Source: an uncultured Thermoleophilia bacterium
Lineage (GTDB): Bacteria > Actinomycetota > Thermoleophilia > UBA2241
DNA: 64,000 bases
Direction of reading: 5' to 3'
Assembly (NCBI GenBank): GCA_963791345.1
Contig: CAWBRS010000002.1
Coordinates: forward strand, 22,707 to 86,706
Under the pieces are notes generated by a model. The model was not told where the DNA came from. It did no database searches and worked only from the letters and a program-made list of their open reading frames with translations. The translations under genes and the position numbers were made by a program. Shown here in pieces: positions 54,228 to 63,500 of this stretch (within the stretch, counting starts at the first letter, position 1; every line of letters starts with the position of its first letter).

Positions 54228-54824
54228 ATGACGTTCGAACTTCCCGCCCTGCCGTGGGCCGAGGACGCGCTCGAGCCGGCCTACTCGGCACGCACCGTGA
54301 GCTTCCACTACGGCAAGCACCACAAGGCCTACGTCGACAAGCTCAACGAGCTGACCGCGGGGACCGACCTCGAGGGCAAGGGCCTCGAGGACGTCGTCAT
54401 GGCCGTGGCCGGCAAGGCCGACAAGCAGGCGGTCTTCAACAACGCCGCGCAGGTGTGGAACCACACCTTCTTCTGGCACTCGATGACCCCGGGCGGCGGC
54501 GGGCGCCCGGCCGGCGACCTCGCGGCGCGGATCGACGCCGCGTGGGGCGGCTACGACGAGTTCGTCGCCGCCTTCAAGGCCGCCGCGGTCGGGCGCTTCG
54601 GCAGTGGCTGGGTCTGGCTCGTCGACGACAGCGGCGAGCTCAAGATCACGAGCACGGCCAACGCCGAGATGCCGGCGGGCCAGGGCGTGAAGCCGCTCCT
54701 GACCTGCGATGTGTGGGAGCACGCCTACTATCTCGACTACCAGAATCGCCGCCCCGACTTCGTGCAGGCGTTCTTCGACAGCCTGGTCGACTGGGGGTTC
54801 GCGGCGAAGAATCTCGGCGGCTGA
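54228..54824 (+). CDS. sodB: Fe/Mn superoxide dismutase (Fe-type signature)
   Basis: HYGKHHKAYV, FNNAAQVWNHTFFW, FGSGWVWL, DVWEHAYY. Confidence 0.92.
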   Translation: MTFELPALPWAEDALEPAYSARTVSFHYGKHHKAYVDKLNELTAGTDLEGKGLEDVVMAVAGKADKQAVFNNAAQVWNHTFFWHSMTPGGGGRPAGDLAARIDAAWGGYDEFVAAFKAAAVGRFGSGWVWLVDDSGELKITSTANAEMPAGQGVKPLLTCDVWEHAYYLDYQNRRPDFVQAFFDSLVDWGFAAKNLGG

Positions 54825-54835
54825 GGCGGAGCCGC

Positions 54836-54871
54836 GAGGGGCGGGGGCGCCGGCAGGCGCCCCCGCCCTTC
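54836..54871 (+). terminator. Hairpin terminator after sod
   Basis: GAGGGGCGGGGGCGCC-GGCA-GGCGCCCCCGCCCTTC. Confidence 0.6.
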
Positions 54872-55067
54872 GTCATCCCGGCAGCGCCGGCAGACGCCGC
54901 CTCCGGCCGCCTCCCCCGCCGACTCGCGGCGCCCTTGCTGCGACGCCCGCCGCCCATCGCTCAAGACCTGCTGTCGCCGCTTGCCGCCGCTGCGGTAGAG
55001 TGGCGCTGACCGTCGAGCTCCGAACGGCCGTCCGGCGCGACGGCCGATCCTCGACGAGGAGGGTGCG

Positions 55068-55478
55068 ATGAAGCTGCAAGAGCTCAAGACGTTCCTGCTG
55101 CGCGGCAACGTCATCGACTTGGCGATCGCGATAGTCATCGGCGTCGCCTTCGGCGCGGTGGTGACGTCCTTCGTCAACGACATCCTCATGCAGATCATCG
55201 CCGCGATCTTCGGGCAGCCCGACTTCTCGGCCCTGTCGTTCTCGCTCGGTGACAGCGAGATCTACTACGGCAAGTTCCTCAACGCGGTCATCACCTTCGT
55301 CATCGTCGGGGCCGCGGTCTTCTACTTCGTGGTCGTGCCGATCAACGCGATGAACGCGCGCTTCCACAAGGAGCCCCCGCCGGACCCGAGCATCAAGAAG
55401 TGCCCGGAGTGCCTGAGCGACATCCCCGCCGAGGCGCGCAAGTGCGCCTTCTGCGCCTCGCCGCAGGCGGGCGACTGA
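55068..55478 (+). CDS. mscL: Large-conductance mechanosensitive channel with C-terminal Zn ribbon
   Basis: FLLRGNVIDLAIAIVIG, YGKFLNAVI, CPECLS...CAFC. Confidence 0.93.
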   Translation: MKLQELKTFLLRGNVIDLAIAIVIGVAFGAVVTSFVNDILMQIIAAIFGQPDFSALSFSLGDSEIYYGKFLNAVITFVIVGAAVFYFVVVPINAMNARFHKEPPPDPSIKKCPECLSDIPAEARKCAFCASPQAGD

Positions 55479-55511
55479 GCCGGCCGGCGTCCTGATCTGA
55501 CCGGGGCGAGC

Positions 55512-56208
55512 GTGCCGCGCGACCACTGGGACGAGACCTACGCGCGCCTCGGGCGGCGCTGGGGCGTCGGGCCCTCCGAGGTCGCCGTGGTCGCGGAGGA
55601 GCGGCTGGCGACGCTGGGGCGTCGCGGGCCGCTCCTCCGCGTGCTCGACCTCGGCTGCGGCTACGGCCGCGACACCTTCCACCTGCGGGACCGGCTGGGC
55701 GGTTCGGTGGTCGGGGTGGATGCGTCGGCCGAGGCCATCGCGCTCGCCGAGCGGCGCCGCGAGGAGCTCGCCCGGGCCGACGAGACCTTCGCCCACGGCC
55801 TGCGCTTCGTGCGGGCCCGCCTCGAGGAGCTCGACGCGGGGTGGTTCGACGTCGTCGTGACCAACGGTCTCTACCACCTGCTGGACCCCGCCGGGCGCGA
55901 GGCCTTCGCCGCCTGCGTGCGGCGGCACCTCGCTCCCGGCGGGTTCCTCTTCCTCGCGACCCTCTCGCCGCAGGACCCCGAGCACTTCGGCAAAGGCTGC
56001 GTCGTCGCGGGCGAGATCGACTCGTTCGTCGACGCCGTCTACCTGCACTTCGCGCGCGAGCGCGAGCTGCGCGACTGCGTTCGCCTTCCTCGACGTGCGC
56101 GAGCTCTACGAGCACGAGTACATCGAGCCGCAGACCGACGGCTCGGTGCACCACCACGTCTCCTGGATCCTCGTCGCCGCGCGCCCCGACGCCGGGCGCG
56201 CGCCCTGA
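55512..56208 (+). CDS. Class I SAM-dependent methyltransferase (frameshift near 56080)
   Basis: VLDLGCGYGRD, GVDAS, FDVVV, LAPGG. Confidence 0.8.
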
Positions 56209-56530
56209 CGCGCGCCCGGCGCGTCGCGTCCTCTGCGCAAGGCCGTCGGGCGACATCTCCATGGCTCCTTCTCGAGGCCGGCGGCGGCTTCGCGGAGGGC
56301 GCGAGCGGGCATGGTAGAGTCCGTCCCCATGGCGCGGCAGGGCGAGGCCGAGTACGAAGTCATCGCCGGGCGCACCGTCGCGGCGGCCTTCGCCGCCGGC
56401 GTGTTCGTCGGGCGAGCTTCGCACGCCGCCTCGGCATCGACGGCTTCGCCACCGACGGCCCGCACGCGGCCGCGGCCGCCCTGCTCGACCTCATCGCCGC
56501 CCCGCCGGCGGAGAAAGGAGACCCGCGCCG

Positions 56531-57403
56531 ATGAGCGTCCTCTACGAGTCGAACGAGAGCGCCTGGCCCCTGCTCGCCCGCGGCAAGGTCCGCGACGTCT
56601 ACGAGTACGCGCCCAACGAGCTGCTGATCGTCACCAGCGACCGGCTCTCGGCCTTCGACGTGGTCCTGCCGACGCCGATCCCCGAGAAGGGCGTCGTGCT
56701 GACGCAGATCTCGAACTTCTGGTTCGCGCGCACCAGCGGCATCGTGCCCAACCACCTGATCGAGGCCGAGCCGTTCGCGACCGACGCGGAGCACGCCCAC
56801 CTCGCCGGGCGCTCCGTGGTCGTGCACCGCGCCCAGGCGTTGCCGATCGAGGCCATCGTGCGCGGGTACCTCACGGGCTCCGGCCGCAAGGACTACGAGC
56901 GCACCGGCTCCGTGTGCGGTATCCGTCTGCCCGAGGGTCTGGTCGAGGCGAGCCGGCTGCCGGAGCCGATCTTCACGCCGTCGAGCAAGGCCGAGCAGGG
57001 CTCCCACGACGAGAACATCGACTTCGCCGGCGTCGCCGACCTGCTCGGCAGGGAGCTCGCCGAGAAGGTGCGCGACACCGCGCTCGAGCTCTTCCGGGTC
57101 GGCGCCGAGTACGCCCTCGAGCGCGGCATCATCATCGCCGACACGAAGTTCGAGTTCGGTCTGCTCGACGGCGAACTGATCCTCATCGACGAAGCGCTCA
57201 CGCCCGACTCGTCGCGCTTCTGGCCGCTCGACGGCTACGAAGAGGGGCGCAGCCAGCCGAGCTTCGACAAGCAGTACGTGCGCGACTACCTCGAGACGCT
57301 CGACTGGGGCAAGACGGCGCCCGGGCCCGAGCTGCCGCCCGAGGTCGCGCAGCGCACCTCGGAGAAGTACGTGGAGGCGTGGCGCCGGCTGACGCAGGCG
57401 TGA
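56531..57403 (+). CDS. purC: SAICAR synthetase
   Basis: GKVRDVY, SDRLSAFD, VRGYLTGSG, ADTKFEFG, LTPDSSRFW, SFDKQYVRD. Confidence 0.95.
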   Translation: MSVLYESNESAWPLLARGKVRDVYEYAPNELLIVTSDRLSAFDVVLPTPIPEKGVVLTQISNFWFARTSGIVPNHLIEAEPFATDAEHAHLAGRSVVVHRAQALPIEAIVRGYLTGSGRKDYERTGSVCGIRLPEGLVEASRLPEPIFTPSSKAEQGSHDENIDFAGVADLLGRELAEKVRDTALELFRVGAEYALERGIIIADTKFEFGLLDGELILIDEALTPDSSRFWPLDGYEEGRSQPSFDKQYVRDYLETLDWGKTAPGPELPPEVAQRTSEKYVEAWRRLTQA

Positions 57404-57491
57404 CGGCCGGCCCGCCACAGGCGCGGCGTGGACGGCCGGACGACGTCGACGCTCACCTGACGCCCGGCCGCGGGCCGCGCCGCCCGACCCG

Positions 57492-58331
57492 CTACCGGGC
57501 CGGCACCGCCGCCGGATAGCGCCGGCGGAAGGCCTCGACGCTCGCCTCCTCGGCGGCGCCGAGCAGCGCCTGCAGCCGCTCGACCAGACCTCCGTCGACG
57601 CGCAACGTGCGGTCGTCGACCCTGCCGACGGCGACGATGCCGCGCACGCTGCTCGTGAGCAGCATGCCGTCGTCGGGCCGCAGCTCGGCCACGCGAGCGT
57701 AGGCCTCGACCACGGGAACGCCGTCGGCGGTCGCCAGCTCCTCGACCCTGGCGCGCAGCACGCCGGGGAGGATCGCGCCTTCGGCCGGCGGAGTGACGAG
57801 ACCGCCGCCGCGCACGAGGAACATGTTCGAGGTCGCGCCCTCGAAGATGCGCCCCTGCTCGTCGACGAGGATCGCGTCGTGCACGCCGGCCTGCTGGGCG
57901 GCGCGCTGGGCGAGGTACGACTGCATCACGGTCATCGCTTTGAGCTGGGCGCTGACGCGCACCCCTTCGAAGGTGATGACGTCGAGCGGCGGCGCGGCGA
58001 AGCGCCGCAGGTCGGCCTCGATGAAGAGCGTCGGAGGCCCCTCGGGCGGCCCTGCCGTGAGCAGCACGCGGCAGCCGTTGGGCGTGTCGTTGGCCGCCGC
58101 CAGGCGGCAGATCTGCGCGGCCAGCTCGGCGCGGTCGAAGCGCGGCTCGAGCCCCAGTTCGGCGACACCCCGGTCGAGCCGGTCGGCGTGCTCGTCGAAG
58201 AAGACGGGCGCGCCGTCGACGAGTTTGAGCGTCTCGTAGAGCCCGAGCCCGTGGGTGAAGCCGCGATCGGTGACGGGGACCACGGCTTCGCTCGCCGCGG
58301 TCAGGACGCCGTTCAGCATCACCCAGGTCAT
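57492..58331 (-). CDS. Class IV aminotransferase / aminodeoxychorismate lyase-like
   Basis: DRGFTHGLGLYET, EGATSNMF, ILPGVLR, LTSSVRGI; adjacent to pabB-like gene. Confidence 0.85.
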   Translation of the reverse strand: MTWVMLNGVLTAASEAVVPVTDRGFTHGLGLYETLKLVDGAPVFFDEHADRLDRGVAELGLEPRFDRAELAAQICRLAAANDTPNGCRVLLTAGPPEGPPTLFIEADLRRFAAPPLDVITFEGVRVSAQLKAMTVMQSYLAQRAAQQAGVHDAILVDEQGRIFEGATSNMFLVRGGGLVTPPAEGAILPGVLRARVEELATADGVPVVEAYARVAELRPDDGMLLTSSVRGIVAVGRVDDRTLRVDGGLVERLQALLGAAEEASVEAFRRRYPAAVPAR

Positions 58332-58340
58332 GACGCTACT

Positions 58341-59975
58341 CTACCGTGTCGTCCGGGGAGGCTCATCCTGAGTCGGCCCGGGCCGCTCGGCGATGCTGGC
58401 CGCCACCGCACGCAGCATGCCGGTCGCCTTGTGCAGGGTCTCGAAGTACTCGTCGGCGGGGACGGAGTCGGCGACGATGCCCCCGCCCACCTGCAGGTAG
58501 AGGCGGTCGCCGACCCGCACCAGCGTGCGGATGATGATGTTCATGTCGAGGGCGTCGAGGGCGAGCCAGCCGAACGACCCGGTGTACGGCCCGCGGCGGA
58601 CCGTCTCGAGCTCGTCGATGATCTCCATGCAGCGCACCTTGGGGCAGCCGGTGATGGTGCCGCCGGGGAACATCGCCGCGAGCAGGTCGACGCCGTCGCG
58701 GTCGGGACGCAGCCGGCCGCGCACGTTGCTCACGATGTGGATCACGTGCGAGTAGTACTCGTTGACCATGAGCTCGGAGACGCGCACCGTGCCGTACTCG
58801 CAGACCTTGCCCAGGTCGTTGCGCTCGAGATCGACGAGCATGACGTGCTCGGCACGCTCCTTGGGGTCGAGGTTGAGCTCGCCGGCGAGGTCGTCGTCGG
58901 CGCGGCCGGGGGCGACGCCGATGACTCCGCCGGCCGCCGCCTGCTGGCTGTGCTCGCCGTCGGTGCCGCCGCGCGGCCGCGTGCCGGCGATGGGCCGCGT
59001 CTCCGCCCAGCCGTCAGGCCGCAGGGCGACGAGTCGCTCGGGCGACGAGGAGATGAGCTCGTAGTCGCCCATGTGGAGGTAGCCCGCGAACGGCGACGGG
59101 TTGACCGTGCGCAGCGTCGCGTAGAGGTGGAGGCTGGGGAGCGTGTAGCAGACGTCGAGGCGCTGCGAGACGTTAGCCTGGAAGATGTCGCCGGCGAAGA
59201 CGTACTCGCGGGTGCGGGCGACCACGGCCTGGTGATCGCGCCGGCTGAAGTTGGAGTCGAAGACCGGCAGGTCGTCGCCGTGGACCGGCGCGGTGGACGT
59301 CGCCGGGGCGGAGAGGGCGGACACGACGCGGCCGGTCCAGCCGGCGTGGGCCGGCCACCGCTCGGCCACAAGGGCCGTGCCGTCGTCGAGCTCGTACCGG
59401 AGCAAGACGCCGGGGAGGAAGAGGTCGATGTCGGGGATCCCGAGGTCGTCGCGGTTGGAGTCGGGCAGGCGCTCGAGGTAGCGGGCCGCGTCGTACGAGA
59501 CGAGACCGACGAGGGCGGCGAGCTCGGCCAGGTCGCCTGGGGCCGCAGCCGCGCCGGCGGGCGGCTCAGACGGTCCGGCGGCCGCGCGTGCAGGCGGCTT
59601 CGCGGCCGCTGCCGCCGTGGCGGTCACCGGGTGCGCCCCGTCGCCGGTCGCGGCGTCGACGGCGGCGGGCGTGAGCTCGGCGGCCAGTCGGGCCGCGGCG
59701 CGCACTGCGGCGAACGGCTCGAGCTGCTCGACCGCGGGCCCCGCCGCCGCGAGCCGGCGGGCGACGTCGTCGCCCGCCCGCACGGCGGCAGGCCCTGGCG
59801 CGAAGGCGACGCGCCCGTCCTTGACCGTGAGGCGGAAGACGGGGTCCCAGGCGAGGTAGTGCCGGCGGGCGAGCGAGGCCGCGCCGCCGGCGGAGTCGAG
59901 CAGTACGACTGGCGCGGCGCCTTCGAGCCCGAGCGTGCGGATCAGCGCGACGGGGTCGGGCGCGGAGGCGCGCAA
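58341..59975 (-). CDS. Anthranilate synthase component I / aminodeoxychorismate synthase family (start approximate)
   Basis: GDIFQANVSQR, NPSPF, SSSPE, RPIAGTRPRG, KERAEHVMLVDLERNDLG, FPGGTITGCPK. Confidence 0.88.
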   Translation of the reverse strand: MRASAPDPVALIRTLGLEGAAPVVLLDSAGGAASLARRHYLAWDPVFRLTVKDGRVAFAPGPAAVRAGDDVARRLAAAGPAVEQLEPFAAVRAAARLAAELTPAAVDAATGDGAHPVTATAAAAAKPPARAAAGPSEPPAGAAAAPGDLAELAALVGLVSYDAARYLERLPDSNRDDLGIPDIDLFLPGVLLRYELDDGTALVAERWPAHAGWTGRVVSALSAPATSTAPVHGDDLPVFDSNFSRRDHQAVVARTREYVFAGDIFQANVSQRLDVCYTLPSLHLYATLRTVNPSPFAGYLHMGDYELISSSPERLVALRPDGWAETRPIAGTRPRGGTDGEHSQQAAAGGVIGVAPGRADDDLAGELNLDPKERAEHVMLVDLERNDLGKVCEYGTVRVSELMVNEYYSHVIHIVSNVRGRLRPDRDGVDLLAAMFPGGTITGCPKVRCMEIIDELETVRRGPYTGSFGWLALDALDMNIIIRTLVRVGDRLYLQVGGGIVADSVPADEYFETLHKATGMLRAVAASIAERPGPTQDEPPRTTR

Positions 59976-60026
59976 GGCGGTGACCAGCAGGGGGGGCGCC
60001 CGGCGGCGCCTGGCGCCGCGCCCACC

Positions 60027-61397
60027 TCACACCTCGACGTCGTCGTAGTCGTAGGTGTCGGAGCGCGGCAGCACGCGGAACTTGGTGTACTCCTTGACCC
60101 AGCCGAGGCGGATGGTGTCGGTGGGGCCGTTGCGGTTCTTGGCGATGCGCACGTTGATGACGCCCTTGGACTGCGGCCCCTGCTCCTTGCGCGGGTCTTC
60201 GTAGAGGAAGATGACCATGTCGGCGTCCTGCTCGATGGCGCCCGACTCGCGCAGGTCGGCGAGCTGCGGCTCGCGGTCGGCGCGCACCTCGGGGGCACGG
60301 TTGAGCTGCGAGACGGCGATGATGGGCAGCTGCAGCTCGCGCCCGAGCTGCTTGAGCGAGCGCGAGATGGCGGCGACCTCCTGCTGGCGGTTCTCGGCCC
60401 GGCCGTCGCCGGCCATGAGCTGCAGGTAATCGACGATGATCAGCTGGAGGTCATGCTTGCTCTTGAGGCGCCGCGCCTTGGCGCGCAGCTCGAACATGTT
60501 GAGGCTGGCGCTCTCGTCGATGAAGATGTCGGCCTTCTCGAGCTCGCCCGCCGCCTGCACGAGCTTGGCGTAGTCGTCGCCGGAGAGCGAACCGGTGCGC
60601 ACCTTGTGGGAGCTCACCCGCGCCGCCGAGCACATGAGGCGCTCGCCGAGCTCCTGGGCACTCATCTCGAGGCTGAAGATGGCGACCGGCGCCTTGCCGC
60701 CCTGGGCGACGTTGTGGGCGATGTTGAGCGCGAGGGACGTCTTGCCGACGCCGGGGCGCGCGGCCAGCACGATGAGGTTGGTGGGCTGAAAGCCGCCGGT
60801 GAGGCGGTCGATGGGCTCGAACCCGGAGGCGACGCCGCTGACGGTCTGGTCGCGCTGCATGGCGTCGAGCTTCTCGAAGTTGCCGACGATGACGTCTTTG
60901 AGCAGGTGGAAGTCGCCGCCCCCGCGCTGCTGCTGGATGGCGAAGACGATCTGCTCGCAGCGGTCGAGGAGCTCGGGGACGGTGCCCGGGTGCCGGCTGC
61001 CCAGCTCGAAGATCTCGGAGCCGGCGCGGATGATGCCGCGCAGCACGCTCTGCTCGTGGACGATGCGCGCGTAGTGGCCGGCGTTGGCGGCGGTCGGGAC
61101 GAACTCGGCGAGGGAGTGGACGAACTCGCGGCCGCCGGCCTTCTCGAGCTTGCCGCCGCGCTCGAGCTCGGCGCTGACCGTGATGACGTCGACCTCCTCG
61201 CCGCGGTCGTAGAGCGTGAGCACGGCGTGGTAGACGAGGCGGTGGGCGTCGCGGTAGAAGTCGTCGACGGCCACCGACTCGGCGGCCACGGCGATGGCGT
61301 TGGGGTTGACCAACATGGCCCCCAGCACCGACTGCTCGGCCTCGAGGTTGTGCGGCGGCAGGTTCGGGGTGGACTGTTCGATGCGTTCGACCGCCAC
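60027..61397 (-). CDS. dnaB: Replicative DNA helicase
   Basis: PPHNLEAEQSVLG, AARPGVGKTS, FSLEM, VDYLQLM, SQLNR, LRESGAIEQDAD, KNRNGP. Confidence 0.96.
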   Translation of the reverse strand: MAVERIEQSTPNLPPHNLEAEQSVLGAMLVNPNAIAVAAESVAVDDFYRDAHRLVYHAVLTLYDRGEEVDVITVSAELERGGKLEKAGGREFVHSLAEFVPTAANAGHYARIVHEQSVLRGIIRAGSEIFELGSRHPGTVPELLDRCEQIVFAIQQQRGGGDFHLLKDVIVGNFEKLDAMQRDQTVSGVASGFEPIDRLTGGFQPTNLIVLAARPGVGKTSLALNIAHNVAQGGKAPVAIFSLEMSAQELGERLMCSAARVSSHKVRTGSLSGDDYAKLVQAAGELEKADIFIDESASLNMFELRAKARRLKSKHDLQLIIVDYLQLMAGDGRAENRQQEVAAISRSLKQLGRELQLPIIAVSQLNRAPEVRADREPQLADLRESGAIEQDADMVIFLYEDPRKEQGPQSKGVINVRIAKNRNGPTDTIRLGWVKEYTKFRVLPRSDTYDYDDVEV

Positions 61398-61625
61398 ATC
61401 TCCTCCGGCTCGGGACGACCCGCCGTGCGGCAGCGGGGATGGAAGTGTATCGCCGCCGCCGCCCGCGGTCACCCGTGGATTCTGACCGTCGCCGGTGACG
61501 GCAACGCCGCGCCCGCCGGACCCTCCGGTGGCGCCGGCCGGCCGCTGGGCAAGGAGGCGCCGAGTCGCGCAAGGGCGCGTGACGAGGCGGAGGGCCCACC
61601 TCTGCACACGAGGAGGGAGAGAAGC

Positions 61626-61663
61626 AGCGACGGCCGCGCGCTCGCGAGCGCGCGGCCGTCGCT
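61626..61663. terminator. Perfect 38-bp palindrome after rplI
   Basis: AGCGACGGCCGCGCGCTCG|CGAGCGCGCGGCCGTCGCT. Confidence 0.6.
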
Positions 61664-61669
61664 CTGTAC

Positions 61670-62119
61670 TCAGTCCTCGGGGACGACGATCGTCTTGACC
61701 GAGGCGACGAAACCGTCGGCCACCTCGACGTCGACGATGAACGAGCCGATCTGCTTGAGCGGCTCTTCGAGCAGCACCTTGCGCTTGTCGATGGTGTAGC
61801 CGCGAGCGCCCTTGATGGCGTCGGCGATGTCGGCATTGGTGACCGACCCGAAGAGATGGCCGCCCTCGCCCGCCTTGGCCTCGATGGTCAGCACGGTGCG
61901 GTTGAGCGCCGCGGTGATCTCCTCGGCCCGGACGGCCATGCGCGCCTCGCGGGTCTTGCGCTCTTCTTCGCGACGCCTGAACTCCTCGATCTTGCCCGGG
62001 GTCGCCGGTTCGGCCAGCCCGCGCGGCAGCAGGAAGTTGCGCGCGTAGCCGTTGCTCACGGTGTGCAGCGTGCCCTTCTCGCCGACCGAGGGCACGTCCT
62101 GGAGCAGGATGATCTCCAC
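61670..62119 (-). CDS. rplI: 50S ribosomal protein L9
   Basis: GYARNFLLPRGLA, LFGSVT. Confidence 0.96.
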   Translation of the reverse strand: MEIILLQDVPSVGEKGTLHTVSNGYARNFLLPRGLAEPATPGKIEEFRRREEERKTREARMAVRAEEITAALNRTVLTIEAKAGEGGHLFGSVTNADIADAIKGARGYTIDKRKVLLEEPLKQIGSFIVDVEVADGFVASVKTIVVPED

Positions 62120-62132
62120 AGGGATACCCTCC

Positions 62133-62396
62133 TCAGCTGTTGACGTGGGGGAGCAGGGCCATCTCGCGGGCCCGCTTGACGGCGGCCGCGACCTGCATCT
62201 GGTGGCGGCGACAGACGCCGGTGGCGTGCCGCGCGCGGATACGACCCGTGCCGGTGACGAAGCGGCGCAGGGTCGCGGGGTCCTTGAAGTCGACCTCCTC
62301 GACCGCGGCCTCGCAGAACGGGCACGGGCGGGGCCGCGCCGCGGCGCCGTCGCCCGCCGTCTTCGCCCGGCGCGGTCGTGCTGTGGTGGTCGCCAT
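62133..62396 (-). CDS. rpsR: 30S ribosomal protein S18 (Cys-containing type)
   Basis: CPFC, DFKD, TGVCRRHQ, VKRAREMALLP. Confidence 0.95.
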   Translation of the reverse strand: MATTTARPRRAKTAGDGAAARPRPCPFCEAAVEEVDFKDPATLRRFVTGTGRIRARHATGVCRRHQMQVAAAVKRAREMALLPHVNS

Positions 62397-62438
62397 AGGT
62401 CTTACCTCTCAGCGGCGCCGCCGCGCGGCGCCTCGCTC

Positions 62439-62897
62439 TCAGAACGGGATGTCGTCGTCGTCCCCGGCGCTCTCGCGCGGGGCGTCGAGGCCGCCGGTGT
62501 CGACCGCGGGGCCCGTGGCGCGGCTGTAGTCACCGCCACCACCCGCCGGACCGCCGCCTTCGCGTGGACCGATGAACTCGATGTTGTCCGCGCTGATCGA
62601 CACGGCCTGGCGCTTCTGGCCGTCCTGGGTCTCCCACTCGCGCCAGCGAAGACGTCCCTCGATGCCGACGAGCTTGCCGCGCGTGAGCCATTGCGCGAGG
62701 CGCTCGGCGCGATCTCCGAACATGTCGACGTCAAAGTAGTTGGGGCGGTCGATCCACTGCCCCGACGCGGGGTCCTTGGCGCGCTCGTTGACGGCGACGC
62801 GCATGTTGCACACCGGCAGCCCCGAAGGCGTCGTTCGCATCTCGGCGTCACGCGTGAGGTTGCCGACGATGACGACCCTGTTGATTGACCCTGCCAC
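62439..62897 (-). CDS. ssb: Single-stranded DNA-binding protein
   Basis: NRVVIVGNLTRD, C-terminal DDDIPF. Confidence 0.96.
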   Translation of the reverse strand: MAGSINRVVIVGNLTRDAEMRTTPSGLPVCNMRVAVNERAKDPASGQWIDRPNYFDVDMFGDRAERLAQWLTRGKLVGIEGRLRWREWETQDGQKRQAVSISADNIEFIGPREGGGPAGGGGDYSRATGPAVDTGGLDAPRESAGDDDDIPF

Positions 62898-62925
62898 GAT
62901 CGCTCCCTTCGCTCGGGTGGTGCGC

Positions 62926-63222
62926 TTACGCCTTGGGGCGCGTGGTCATGAAGCGCAACACCTCGTCGGTGATGCCGAGCACGCGCTCCGCCTCGGCGAG
63001 GGTCTCCGGCGTGGCCGTGAACGTGACGACGGTGTAGACGCCCTCGGTCTCGTGCTTGATCTCGTAGGCGAGCTTGCGCTTGCCCCAGTCGTCGACACCG
63101 ATGATGGCACCCTTGCCGGCCTCGACCGTCGCCCTGAAGCGGTCGAGGATCTCGGCCTGCCGCTCGGCTTCGGTCGCGGGGTGGGTGATGAGCATGAGCT
63201 CATACCTGTTGATGGTGATCAC
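62926..63222 (-). CDS. rpsF: 30S ribosomal protein S6 (start GTG 63222 or ATC 63213)
   Basis: RYELMLI, WGKRKLAYEI, VLRFM. Confidence 0.95.
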   Translation of the reverse strand: MITINRYELMLITHPATEAERQAEILDRFRATVEAGKGAIIGVDDWGKRKLAYEIKHETEGVYTVVTFTATPETLAEAERVLGITDEVLRFMTTRPKA

Positions 63223-63272
63223 CTCCTCCGGTCTCAGCGGCCCCAGCCTCTCTGCTGGAGCAGGGGTGACGG
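63220..63272 (-). promoter_or_regulatory. S6:S18 ribosomal-protein leader (autoregulatory RNA)
   Basis: CCCCTGCTCCAGC-AGAGAG-GCTGGGGC-CGCTGAGACC-GGAGGAGG: CCC motif and hairpin preceding the SD. Confidence 0.6.
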
Positions 63273-63390
63273 CGCCGCCCGGCGGCGACGCGAACCGGAA
63301 CGATACCAGCCCCTCGCGACGCCTACAACCATAGTGCGGGGCGGGGCGGACGGAGAGGTTGCCGATACGCGCGGTGAGGTGACGTTGGCC

Positions 63391-63448
63391 GGCGCAGGCT
63401 CCGGCGCGGCCGTCGGCGCAGGCTCCGGGGCGGCCGTCGGCGCAGGCC
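63391..63448. repeat. 24-bp tandem repeat (about 2.4 units)
   Basis: GGCGCAGGCTCCGG(C/G)GCGGCCGTC repeated. Confidence 0.65.
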
Positions 63449-63500
63449 ACGGGCGGGTGCCGCCGCGGCCACAGCCCCGCCCGGGCTGGGCCGGGCCGGC

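Noticed and set aside
56329-56534. Small ORF upstream of purC
   Set aside because: Split across frames with no recognisable motif.
57879-61799. 1306-aa plus-strand ORF and similar long ORFs (50530-54291, 20370-23612, 36951-39377)
   Set aside because: Shadow ORFs caused by high GC and codon bias opposite or across well-supported genes.
63391-63448. 24-bp tandem repeat as a functional element
   Set aside because: Short GC-rich intergenic VNTR with no further supporting signal.
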